From contig JBBCJC010000002.1 of the NCBI GenBank assembly GCA_037189525.1, positions 1,248,001-1,312,000 on the forward strand: DNA of 64,000 bases, written 5' to 3'. Positions 55,819-64,000 of this stretch are shown in pieces. The notes below the pieces were generated by a model, which worked only from the letters and a program-made list of their open reading frames with translations, ran no database searches and was not told where the DNA came from. The position numbers and the translations under genes are program-made. Source of the DNA: Gemmatimonadales bacterium (GTDB lineage Bacteria > Gemmatimonadota > Gemmatimonadetes > Gemmatimonadales > GWC2-71-9). The stretch's first letter is position 1. The number at the start of each line of letters is the position of its first letter.

Positions 55819-56954
55819 GCCTCCTCCGTCTGGTGTGGGCAAACCTCTTCCGGAACAAGAAGCGGACCTTCCTCACCGTCGCGAGCGTCCTGATCGCGTT
55901 CTTCCTGTTCGGGACGCTCCGGTCGGTCATCACCACGCTCGATGCCGCGGCTGAAGTGGGCAGCGAGGCGCGACTGATCACGTCGAGCGCATCGGGGATC
56001 ACCTTCGTGCTTCCCGAAGCGCACGCCAACCGGCTTCGGGCCGTCGAGGGGGTCAAGGGAGTCAGCTGGGCAAACTGGTTTGGCGGGTACTATCAGGATC
56101 CGCAGGACTTCTTTGCGCAGTTTGCCATCACGGCGGACACCTACTTGCCGATGTACCCGGAGATTCAGATCACGGCCGGAGACGTCGAGGCGTTCAAGCG
56201 GGAGCGTACAGCGGCGCTGGTGGGCGTTGGGCTGATGGAGAAGTATGGCTGGCAGGTGGGACAGACCGTCACGCTCAAGGGCACCATCTTCGCGGGTGAC
56301 TGGGAGTTCGTGATTCGCGCGGTATATACCCCCACGATTCCGAGCTTTGGGGATGAGGTGTTCTACTTTCACTACGCCTATCTCTACGAGCGCAGTAACG
56401 GGCAGATCAGCCCGGGTTGGTTTGCGCTGGAGCTCGATCGGCCGGATATCGCGGCCGACGTGGCGGCCACCATCGACGCGCAGTTCAAGAATTCGACTGC
56501 TCCGACCAAGACCGAAACGGAGCGCGCCTTTCAGGCCGGTTTTGTCACCATGTGGGGCAACATCGGCTTTCTGGTGAGCGCCATCGGCACGGCGGTGTTC
56601 TTTGCGATCCTCTTCGTGGCGGCCAACACCATGATGATGTCGGTGCGTGAACGGGTGGGAGAAGTGGCCGTGCTCAAGACGCTGGGTTTTCAGGAGGGGA
56701 CGCTCTTCGGTCTGGTGCTGGCCGAGTCGATTCTGATCACCTTGCTGGGCGGTGTGCTGGGGTTGGGGCTTGCCAAGCTTGCGTTCATGGGCAACAACCC
56801 GCTCAATGCGTTCTTTCCCGGCTTTGGGGTCACCGGCGGCACCTTCGCGGTCGGCATTGCGATGGCCATTGCTCTTGGGCTGGTCAGCGGAGCCGTCCCG
56901 GCCATCCAGTCCGCCAGGTTGTCGGTCGTCAACGCACTTCGGCGTGTGGCGTGA
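55815..56954 (+). CDS. ABC permease (MacB/FtsX family)
   Basis: NLFRNKKRTFLT, ANTMMMSVRER..EVAVLKTLGF. Confidence 0.92.
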   Translation: MSLLRLVWANLFRNKKRTFLTVASVLIAFFLFGTLRSVITTLDAAAEVGSEARLITSSASGITFVLPEAHANRLRAVEGVKGVSWANWFGGYYQDPQDFFAQFAITADTYLPMYPEIQITAGDVEAFKRERTAALVGVGLMEKYGWQVGQTVTLKGTIFAGDWEFVIRAVYTPTIPSFGDEVFYFHYAYLYERSNGQISPGWFALELDRPDIAADVAATIDAQFKNSTAPTKTETERAFQAGFVTMWGNIGFLVSAIGTAVFFAILFVAANTMMMSVRERVGEVAVLKTLGFQEGTLFGLVLAESILITLLGGVLGLGLAKLAFMGNNPLNAFFPGFGVTGGTFAVGIAMAIALGLVSGAVPAIQSARLSVVNALRRVA

Positions 56955-56964
56955 GGGGGGCATC

Positions 56965-58131
56965 GTGAAGATTCCGATCATCTACAACATCCGGAGCTTG
57001 CGCCAGCGACCCATTTCCACGCTGACGACTGCGTTGGGCATGGCCGTCGTGGTCGCGGTCTTCGTGGCAATGAACGCCATGGCCAACGGTTTCCGCTCGG
57101 CCCTGGTGAGCACCGGTTCGACCGAGAACGTGCTGCTGCTACGGAAAGGGGCAGGCGCCGAGATGAACAGCGGCCTCGGTCGTCAGGTGGCGAGCGTCGT
57201 GTCCGGGCTGCCATTTGTGGCGCAGAATGCGGCGGGTCAGCCGATGGTGAGTCCCGAGACCTTCGTGGTCGTTCCGATGGAGCGGGCGGGCGGGGGCGGG
57301 ATGGCCAACGTCGTGGTTCGCGGGGTCAGCGAACGGGCGCTCGAGGTGCGGAAGAATATCGAAGTCATCGAGGGACGACCGTTCCGCTCGGGTGCGCGTG
57401 AGGTCATCGTCGGTGCGTCCTATGCGAAGCGATTCCCCAATTCAGGGGTGGGCCAGGTCGTTCGGTTTGCCGAGCAGGACTGGACCATCGTGGGGCACTT
57501 TTCGGCTGGCGGCTCGTCGTTCGAATCCGAGATCTGGGGCGAGAACGAGCAGTTCATGCCCGTGTTTCGAGGCCAGGTCTTTCAGTCGATCACCTTTCGG
57601 ATGAAGGACCCGGCGGCGTTCGACGGTATCAAAGAAACGCTCGAAGCCGATGCGCGGCTGGTGGTCGACGCCGAGCGGGAGCTGGCGTTCTATGAGAAGC
57701 AGTCGTCCGGCGTGGCCACGATGCTCAGCTTCATCGCCGTCTTCATCGCATCGATCATGGCGGTGGGCGCGGTCTTCGGGGCGGTCAATACGATGTACGC
57801 GGCGGTCGCGTCCCGCGCGCCGGAGATCGGGGTGCTGCTCACGCTCGGGTTCCAGCCCAGGAGCGTAATGAGTTCGTTCCTGCTGGAGTCCGTTTTCATC
57901 GCTGTGGTGGGCGGGGCCATCGGTTGTCTGTTGGCGCTGCCGATCAACGGGCTCGTAACCAGCACCACGAATTGGGCGTCATTCAGCGAGATTGCGTTCG
58001 CGTTTCGGGTGACACCGGGGTTGTTGCTCAACGGGATGATCTTTGCGCTGGCGATGGGCTTCTTCGGTGGTCTCCTGCCGGCGCGGCGGGCAGCCAAACA
58101 GCAGGTCGTGGACGCACTCAGGGAGGCATGA
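56965..58131 (+). CDS. ABC permease (MacB/FtsX family), second subunit
   Basis: NTMYAAVASR..EIGVL.TLGF, PARRAA; GTG start. Confidence 0.92.
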   Translation: MKIPIIYNIRSLRQRPISTLTTALGMAVVVAVFVAMNAMANGFRSALVSTGSTENVLLLRKGAGAEMNSGLGRQVASVVSGLPFVAQNAAGQPMVSPETFVVVPMERAGGGGMANVVVRGVSERALEVRKNIEVIEGRPFRSGAREVIVGASYAKRFPNSGVGQVVRFAEQDWTIVGHFSAGGSSFESEIWGENEQFMPVFRGQVFQSITFRMKDPAAFDGIKETLEADARLVVDAERELAFYEKQSSGVATMLSFIAVFIASIMAVGAVFGAVNTMYAAVASRAPEIGVLLTLGFQPRSVMSSFLLESVFIAVVGGAIGCLLALPINGLVTSTTNWASFSEIAFAFRVTPGLLLNGMIFALAMGFFGGLLPARRAAKQQVVDALREA

Positions 58132-58178
58132 CGAGGCGAGACACCTGCTCTCGTGCCGATCGATTCCGGAGTTTGCTG

Positions 58179-58946
58179 CTAGCGCTCCCTCGTCCAGAGG
58201 AGCACGACTCCGCACTCGGTGCCCACGGCCTGGTACTCGATCGGCACCATCCCGTTGCTGCGATAGACTTCGATGGCCTCGAGTGAATGCACTTTGAAGT
58301 CGTCGATGTTGGGTGGTTCGGTCCGGCCCGGGGCCCAGATCAGAATGCCGTCGAGGTACACCGTACTGTAGCAACCGATCGGAAAGGGGCACCGCCCCCT
58401 TGGGGGAACATACAGGCTGGAGACACCGCGATTGGTGCCGAGGGCAAAACCGCCGCCGCAACGTTCTGGCCTGCGGATGGTATGAAGGCCGGTGGCGCGG
58501 AGCACGGTGCTCATGAGCGAGTGCTCCTGTTCTGCAAGCTCTGCACGCGTGAGAAACGTACCGATGCCTTTCTCCCGCCGCTCATCGAAGCCCGCCAGCT
58601 TGGCACTCCGTACGGCCGGCGCGTCGACCCGGGTCACGACTGAATCCATGACTTGTGCCATGCGCTGTAGCTCAAACTCGATGTCCACGATTGCCGAGTC
58701 GCGGACCTGGACATTGAGATAAATCGGATGGAACCCGACCGCCCTCGCCAGCACCACGCGGCGGCCGGCCGGCACCGAGAGAGAAAATTCGCCTGCAGCA
58801 TTGGTGCGACTGGAGAGGCGGAATTCTTCGATCAGGACCTCGACATCGCTGAGCGGACGTCCGCGATCTGTCACGATCCCCGTGACGGTACCCTGGGCAG
58901 CGAGGTCGGTTGCGAGCAGGGCGAGAGCGATGAAGAGGCGTGCCAT
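58179..58946 (-). CDS. Exported CarboxypepD_reg plus TonB-plug-like protein (no barrel)
   Basis: Signal peptide, GTVTG.V.D...PL....V, GF.ERR..G.G.FLT, VYLDG, LEAIEVYR, CGVVLLWTR. Confidence 0.75.
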   Translation of the reverse strand: MARLFIALALLATDLAAQGTVTGIVTDRGRPLSDVEVLIEEFRLSSRTNAAGEFSLSVPAGRRVVLARAVGFHPIYLNVQVRDSAIVDIEFELQRMAQVMDSVVTRVDAPAVRSAKLAGFDERREKGIGTFLTRAELAEQEHSLMSTVLRATGLHTIRRPERCGGGFALGTNRGVSSLYVPPRGRCPFPIGCYSTVYLDGILIWAPGRTEPPNIDDFKVHSLEAIEVYRSNGMVPIEYQAVGTECGVVLLWTRER

Positions 58947-59111
58947 CCTCTCTCCGTGGCCACTGGGCAGCGAAGAGCGATTGCTCGGGCTAGTGGCTCT
59001 CTAGAGCAGGCCGTAAGGAGGAAGCCCGCTGCCAGCAACAGGCCGATCCTGCAGGCGGGAACGAGGGCGACAACCATAGCTGCAACCTCGTTCCCCCTTC
59101 TCGTTCCGCAG

Positions 59112-59756
59112 TTACCAGATCAGTGGCGCCGCCGTCGATTCCTCGAGTTGCTCTTTGGTCCAGCCGGGCAGTAGTTCGACCACCCGAAGCCCGTCCGGGG
59201 TCACGTCCAACACGCACCGCTCGGTGATGATCCGGTCGACGCATCCTTCGCCCGTGAGGGGGAGGGTGCAGCGCTCGAGGATCTTCGGACTTCCCTTGGC
59301 GGTGTGCTCCATCACCACGATGACCCGCCGCGCGCCGGCCACCAGGTCCATCGCTCCGCCCATCCCTTTGACCATCTTGCCCGGGATCATCCAGTTGGCC
59401 AGGTCGCCGTTGGAGGCCACTTGCATGGCGCCCAGGAAGCACAGCGCGACATGCCCGCCACGAATCATTCCGAATGAGGTAGCGCTGTCGAAATAGCTGG
59501 TACCCGGCAGCTCGCTGACGGTTTCTTTGCCGGCATTGATCAGATCGGCGTCTTCCTCCCCGTCGAGCGGGTAGGGGCCGACACCGAGCATGCCGTTTTC
59601 CGATTGCAGTACGACCTCGACACCCGGGGGCACGTTGTCGGCAATCATGGTCGGAATGCCGATGCCGAGATTGACGTAAAAGCCGGTACCTTCATCGAGC
59701 GAGAGCAGTTCCTGCGCAGCCCGCTTGACGATGATCTGTCGGATCTCTTCGCTCAT
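59112..59756 (-). CDS. scoB: 3-oxoacid CoA-transferase subunit B
   Basis: [33 protein letters not shown]. Confidence 0.93.
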   Translation of the reverse strand: MSEEIRQIIVKRAAQELLSLDEGTGFYVNLGIGIPTMIADNVPPGVEVVLQSENGMLGVGPYPLDGEEDADLINAGKETVSELPGTSYFDSATSFGMIRGGHVALCFLGAMQVASNGDLANWMIPGKMVKGMGGAMDLVAGARRVIVVMEHTAKGSPKILERCTLPLTGEGCVDRIITERCVLDVTPDGLRVVELLPGWTKEQLEESTAAPLIW

Positions 59757-60448
59757 CGGGCCCTCACCGTCCGCCGTTCGATCAGCTTCTCGGTCGTCTT
59801 GCGAAGGAAAATTCGCTGGACGAAGATGGCGGGCGTGTGCACCTGATCGCCGTCGATCTCGCCCGGCTCGACCAGGTTCTCGACTTCCGCGATGGTGATC
59901 CGACCCGCCGTCGCCATCATCGGATTGAAGTTTCGGGACGTCTTGCGGAAGACGAGATTGCCGAAGCGGTCGCCCTTCCAGGCTCGGACCAGGGCAAAAT
60001 CACCGGTGATGCCGCGCTCCATGACGTAGCGGCGGCCGTCGAACTCGCGGACTTCCTTGCCTTCCGCTACCAGGGTGCCCACACCGGTCGGCGTGAAGAA
60101 CGCCGGAATTCCCGCGCCGCCCGCGCGAATCCGTTCGGACAGCGTACCTTGCGGGATCAGTTCGACCTCGAGTTCGCCCGAGAGCATCTGCTGCTCGAAG
60201 ACGGCGTTCTCGCCCACGTAGCTCGCCATCATTTTCCTGATCTGCTTGTTCTTGAGCAGATGGACTAGACCGTGGTGGGTGGTGCCGGCGTTGTTGCTCA
60301 CCACCGTGAGCCCATCGACGCCGAGTTCACGCACGGCGTCGATACACTCCTCGGGAACGCCGCAGAGCCCGAAGCCGCCCACCAGCAGCGTCGAACCGGC
60401 GGGAATGTCGGCGCAGGCTGCCCTGGCGTCGGAATAGACTTTATTCAT
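59753..60448 (-). CDS. scoA: 3-oxoacid CoA-transferase subunit A
   Basis: [39 protein letters not shown]. Confidence 0.93.
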   Translation of the reverse strand: MNKVYSDARAACADIPAGSTLLVGGFGLCGVPEECIDAVRELGVDGLTVVSNNAGTTHHGLVHLLKNKQIRKMMASYVGENAVFEQQMLSGELEVELIPQGTLSERIRAGGAGIPAFFTPTGVGTLVAEGKEVREFDGRRYVMERGITGDFALVRAWKGDRFGNLVFRKTSRNFNPMMATAGRITIAEVENLVEPGEIDGDQVHTPAIFVQRIFLRKTTEKLIERRTVRAR

Positions 60449-60484
60449 GGCTGGTAAGGTAGGTGAATCCCGGATCGATGGTAA

Positions 60485-61315
60485 CTAGCTGATCCAGGGC
60501 CGCACGATGGCCGAGGCCTGTTCCAGGGCCGTCGGGTCGATCCCGGTCGATGCTCCAAATAAAGAGACCAGGGCCTGGGTTGCCACGTTGCCGGTTGCGC
60601 CCGGAGCGAAAGGGCACCCGCCGATCCCGCCCGCACTCGAATCGAACGCCGTGATCCCCATCTGATGAGCCCGCGCCGAGTTGGCGACGGCATGACCGAA
60701 GGTATCGTGGAAGTGCATGGCGAGGCGGTTAGCTCCCACCACGGGGAGCAGCAGGTCGAGCAGCCGGGCCACCTCGTCGGGTACCGCTTTGCCGATAGTA
60801 TCGCCGATCGACAGTTCGGTGCATCCCAGGGCCAACAGCGCCTCGCACACCGGCAGCACGGCCTCCGGCCGGATTGGTCCCTCATAGGGGCAGTGCCAGG
60901 CGGTCGACACGTAGCCCCGTACCGGCACCGGTGAGCGCTCCACCACCGGTCGGAATCGCTCGATCGACTCGGCGATGGTGGCGTTGATGTTCTTGCGGGT
61001 AAAGCTCTCGCTTGCCGCGGTAAAGACGGCAACTTTGTCCACCTGCGCCGCGATGGCCCGCTCCAGTCCCGCCTCGTTAGGCACCAGCGCCATGTACCGG
61101 ACTCCCGGCTTCCGTTCGATCCGGGCAAACACCTCGGCGGCATCGGCAAGCTGGGGCACCCACTTGGGCGAGACGAACGAACTGACTTCGATCTCGTCGA
61201 ACCCGGCGGCCGACAGCGCGTCGACGAAGGCGACCTTCACCTCGGTCGGGATCGTTTTGGCCTCGGTCTGCAGTCCGTCTCGCGGACCCACTTCGATCAG
61301 GCGAACCTGGCTCAT
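60485..61315 (-). CDS. hmgL: Hydroxymethylglutaryl-CoA lyase
   Basis: EVGPRDGLQ, SFVSPKWVPQLAD, GDTIG, HFHDT, GGCPFAPGATGNVAT. Confidence 0.93.
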   Translation of the reverse strand: MSQVRLIEVGPRDGLQTEAKTIPTEVKVAFVDALSAAGFDEIEVSSFVSPKWVPQLADAAEVFARIERKPGVRYMALVPNEAGLERAIAAQVDKVAVFTAASESFTRKNINATIAESIERFRPVVERSPVPVRGYVSTAWHCPYEGPIRPEAVLPVCEALLALGCTELSIGDTIGKAVPDEVARLLDLLLPVVGANRLAMHFHDTFGHAVANSARAHQMGITAFDSSAGGIGGCPFAPGATGNVATQALVSLFGASTGIDPTALEQASAIVRPWIS

Positions 61316-62313
61316 GGCTGGCTTCGGATGGCACGCCGAGCTTCTCGCTCGGCGGCACGGATCCGAGCAATCGCGTTCAGGTGCTCGGCGTAGGTTCTGG
61401 TAAAGACGTGTTTGCCGTCTCGGCCGGCCACGAAGAAGAGGTAGGGTACCGGGGCCGGATCGAGTACCGCTTCGATGCTTTTCACGCTCGGCGCACCAAC
61501 CGGGCTCGGCGGGATCCCCGGAATGAGGTAGGTGTTGAAGGGCGACTGGAACTGATAGTCGCGTTCGAAGAGCCGGTTTTTGCGCTGCCCGGTCGCGAGC
61601 TGGATCGCATACTGGACCGTCGGGTCGGCCTGGAGCGGCATCCCGATCCGCAACCGATTCAAATACACGGCGGCGACCAGGGCGCGATCCTCGTCGACCC
61701 GCGCTTCGCCTTCCACGATCGACGCCATCGTCACCAGGTCGCGGCGCGACAATCCCTTCTCGGCCGCGCGCGCGTCCCATTCCGGACGCCAGGCGCGCTG
61801 GAAATGGGCCGCCATCTCGCGAACCAGATTGCGCCCGGTGATCAGGCGGGAGACGAAGTACGTCTCGGGTAGCAGGTGGCCCTCGAGCGACTCACCGTCG
61901 ACGTTGAACTCGCGGAGCAGGGCGGTATCCTGGGTCGCGGCGCGGATCGAGTCGGCCGGGATGCCGAGCCGCGCTTCCGCAGCAAGCGCAATGTCGGTGA
62001 TGGTAAACCCTTCGGGCACCGTGAACCGCTGGGTTTTTTCGCTGCCCATGGCCAGGGTGCGAAGGATCCGCCAGGCGCTTTCTCCCTGGGGAATCTCGTA
62101 GTACCCGGCTTTGATCTTCCGGTCGTAGCGACCCAGCCGTCCCAGCGTCTTGAACCAGCCCTGGTTGGGAATCAGCCCATGCGCGGCGAGCGTATCGGTC
62201 ACGGCCCGGAAGGTCGAGCCCACCGGAATGAATACCGGTTCCACCGGCGCCCCCGTAGGCGCGCCGCCGCAGCCGGCCAGCAGCAGGGCAATCAACGCGG
62301 CGCGGGATTTCAT
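61312..62313 (-). CDS. mltG: Endolytic transglycosylase MltG
   Basis: TVPEG, LEG.L.PETY, MASIVEGEA, NRL..GMPLQADPTV.Y, SPFNTY...G.PP.P, YLFFV. Confidence 0.94.
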   Translation of the reverse strand: MKSRAALIALLLAGCGGAPTGAPVEPVFIPVGSTFRAVTDTLAAHGLIPNQGWFKTLGRLGRYDRKIKAGYYEIPQGESAWRILRTLAMGSEKTQRFTVPEGFTITDIALAAEARLGIPADSIRAATQDTALLREFNVDGESLEGHLLPETYFVSRLITGRNLVREMAAHFQRAWRPEWDARAAEKGLSRRDLVTMASIVEGEARVDEDRALVAAVYLNRLRIGMPLQADPTVQYAIQLATGQRKNRLFERDYQFQSPFNTYLIPGIPPSPVGAPSVKSIEAVLDPAPVPYLFFVAGRDGKHVFTRTYAEHLNAIARIRAAEREARRAIRSQP

Positions 62314-62804
62314 CGCTGCGCTCGCCGCGCGTCGAGAAAATGCTGGAGGAAGATCGCCGCGGCGAGGGAGTCGACGTCTTCCTTGCGCCCCCGGGTCGAG
62401 CCGCCCTGTTCGCGAATGGCGGCGAGGGCGCGGGCGGTCGACATCCGTTCATCCCAGAGCAGCAGCGGAAGTCCGGTGCGCCGGCCCAGCAGGTCGGCCA
62501 TCTCGCGGGCTTCGAGTGCCGACGCGCCGTCGTTACCCGAGGAATCGAGCGGCAGGCCGATCAGCAGTCCGACCGGTTGCTGGGCATCGAGGTGGATTTG
62601 CAGGGCGGGCATCGGGAACCGCTTTCCGACCCGCCGCGTCAACGTCGCGAGCGGGCTTGCCAGGGTCTGCGTCTCATCCGTGACGGCGAGCCCGATCCGG
62701 CGCTCGCCCCAATCGACCGCCAGGAGGCGGCCGGACGACGGGAGGGTGTCGAGCGCGGGGCCCTCGGTCGGAGGGAACTCCGACCCGTCGGGCGCCAGGC
62801 TCAT
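62310..62804 (-). CDS. ruvX: Pre-16S rRNA nuclease YqgF/RuvX
   Basis: [37 protein letters not shown]. Confidence 0.93.
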   Translation of the reverse strand: MSLAPDGSEFPPTEGPALDTLPSSGRLLAVDWGERRIGLAVTDETQTLASPLATLTRRVGKRFPMPALQIHLDAQQPVGLLIGLPLDSSGNDGASALEAREMADLLGRRTGLPLLLWDERMSTARALAAIREQGGSTRGRKEDVDSLAAAIFLQHFLDARRAQR

Positions 62805-64000
62805 TGCACCATCGTGGCGAAGAACTCCTTGTTGGTCTTGGTCCGCTTCATCCGTTCGAGGAGGAATTCCATCGCTTCGACCGGCGGCATGTCCGCCAGG
62901 AAGTTGCGGAGCAGGTAGACCCGGTTGAGCTCATCCTTGTCCATCAGGAGCTCTTCCTTACGGGTGCCGGACTTCTGGATGTCGATCGCCGGCCAGATGC
63001 GGCGGTCGGCCAGGCGCCGGTCGAGGACCAGTTCCATGTTACCGGTACCCTTGAACTCTTCGAAGATCACTTCGTCCATCCGCGATCCGGTGTCGATCAG
63101 CGCGGTCGCGATGATGGTGAGCGATCCGCCGCCGTCGATGTTCCGCGCAGCGCCGAAGAACCGCTTCGGCTTCTGGAGTGCGTTGGCGTCGACACCGCCC
63201 GAGAGGATCTTGCCCGAGTGCGGCACCACGACGTTGTGGGCGCGGGCCAGACGGGTAATCGAGTCGAGCAGGATGACCACGTCGCGGCCGTGCTCCACCA
63301 GACGCTTCGACTTTTCGATGACCATGTCGGCCACCTGGACGTGCCGGTCCGCCGGCTCGTCGAAGGTCGACGCAATCACCTCGGCGCGGACATTCTCTTG
63401 CATGTCCGTGACTTCTTCCGGGCGCTCGTCGATCAGCAGGACGATCAGCACCACTTCGGGGTGATTCTCGGTGATCGCGTTGGCCAGCTTCTGCATTAGG
63501 ATCGTCTTACCGGCCTTGGGCTGCGCGACGATCAGGCCGCGCTGTCCCTTGCCGATCGGCGAGAGCAGATCGACCACGCGCATCGAGATGTCGCCCTTCT
63601 TGCTCTCGAGCTTGATCCGCGCGTCGGGATAGCGGGGCCGCAGGTTGTCGAACGCGATCCGGTGCTTGGTCTTTTCGGGTTCTTCGTAGTTGACCCGCTC
63701 GACCTTGAGCAGCGCGAGGTAGCGCTCACCCTCTTTGGGCGGGCGAACCTGACCCATGACGGTGTCGCCGGTGCGGAGATCGAAACGCTTGATCTGGCTC
63801 GGGCTGACGTAGATGTCGTCCGGACCGTAGAGGTAGTTCCAGTCCTGGCTGCGGAGGAAACCATATCCTTCCGGCAGGATCTCGAGCACGCCCTCGCCCC
63901 GGATGACGGTATCCTTGTCGAGCAGCGACTGCTCGATTCGGAAGATCAAATCCTGCTTGCGCAGGCCCGAGTAGTTGGTAATGTTCAACTCTTGGGCCAG
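62801..64000 (-). CDS. rho: Transcription termination factor Rho (5' end outside the window)
   Basis: [52 protein letters not shown]. Confidence 0.98.
   Translation of the reverse strand: MAQELNITNYSGLRKQDLIFRIEQSLLDKDTVIRGEGVLEILPEGYGFLRSQDWNYLYGPDDIYVSPSQIKRFDLRTGDTVMGQVRPPKEGERYLALLKVERVNYEEPEKTKHRIAFDNLRPRYPDARIKLESKKGDISMRVVDLLSPIGKGQRGLIVAQPKAGKTILMQKLANAITENHPEVVLIVLLIDERPEEVTDMQENVRAEVIASTFDEPADRHVQVADMVIEKSKRLVEHGRDVVILLDSITRLARAHNVVVPHSGKILSGGVDANALQKPKRFFGAARNIDGGGSLTIIATALIDTGSRMDEVIFEEFKGTGNMELVLDRRLADRRIWPAIDIQKSGTRKEELLMDKDELNRVYLLRNFLADMPPVEAMEFLLERMKRTKTNKEFFATMVQ

Noticed and set aside
58871..59077. Small ORF with an LTAC lipobox-like motif
   Set aside because: It overlaps the start of the downstream gene, is short and has no other support.

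Overview
GC-rich bacterial chromosomal window. The gene content (SusC/SusD with FecR and an ECF sigma, PadR-ADOP, tricorn, CarboxypepD_reg-plug protein, rho-ruvX-mltG) suggests Gemmatimonadota; this is inference, not a database result. Left to right: (1) a leftward block of Fe3+ ABC transporter, ECF sigma, FecR, STN-SusC, SusD and a serine hydrolase; (2) PadR-ADOP, secreted peptidases, glnS, MscS, a lipoprotein glutaminyl cyclase and an AAA ATPase with an AT-rich operator; (3) two TMTC-like GT-C glycosyltransferases divergent from a type IV pilus locus (two pilins behind a sigma54 promoter, a degenerate PilR, minor pilins, pilMNOPQ); (4) aroC-aroK-trmFO-xerC-hslVU; (5) an amidohydrolase, tricorn, a VapBC pair and a MacAB-like exporter; (6) rho-ruvX-mltG-hmgL-scoAB. 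No tRNA, rRNA, CRISPR array or IS element was seen. Best candidates for undescribed biology: a TMTC-type pilin glycosylation module, a GAFTGA-less PilR beside intact sigma54 promoters, and a Bacteroidetes-like Q-rule (Gln after signal peptides) with a co-located glutaminyl cyclase. All family calls come from motif recognition by eye.
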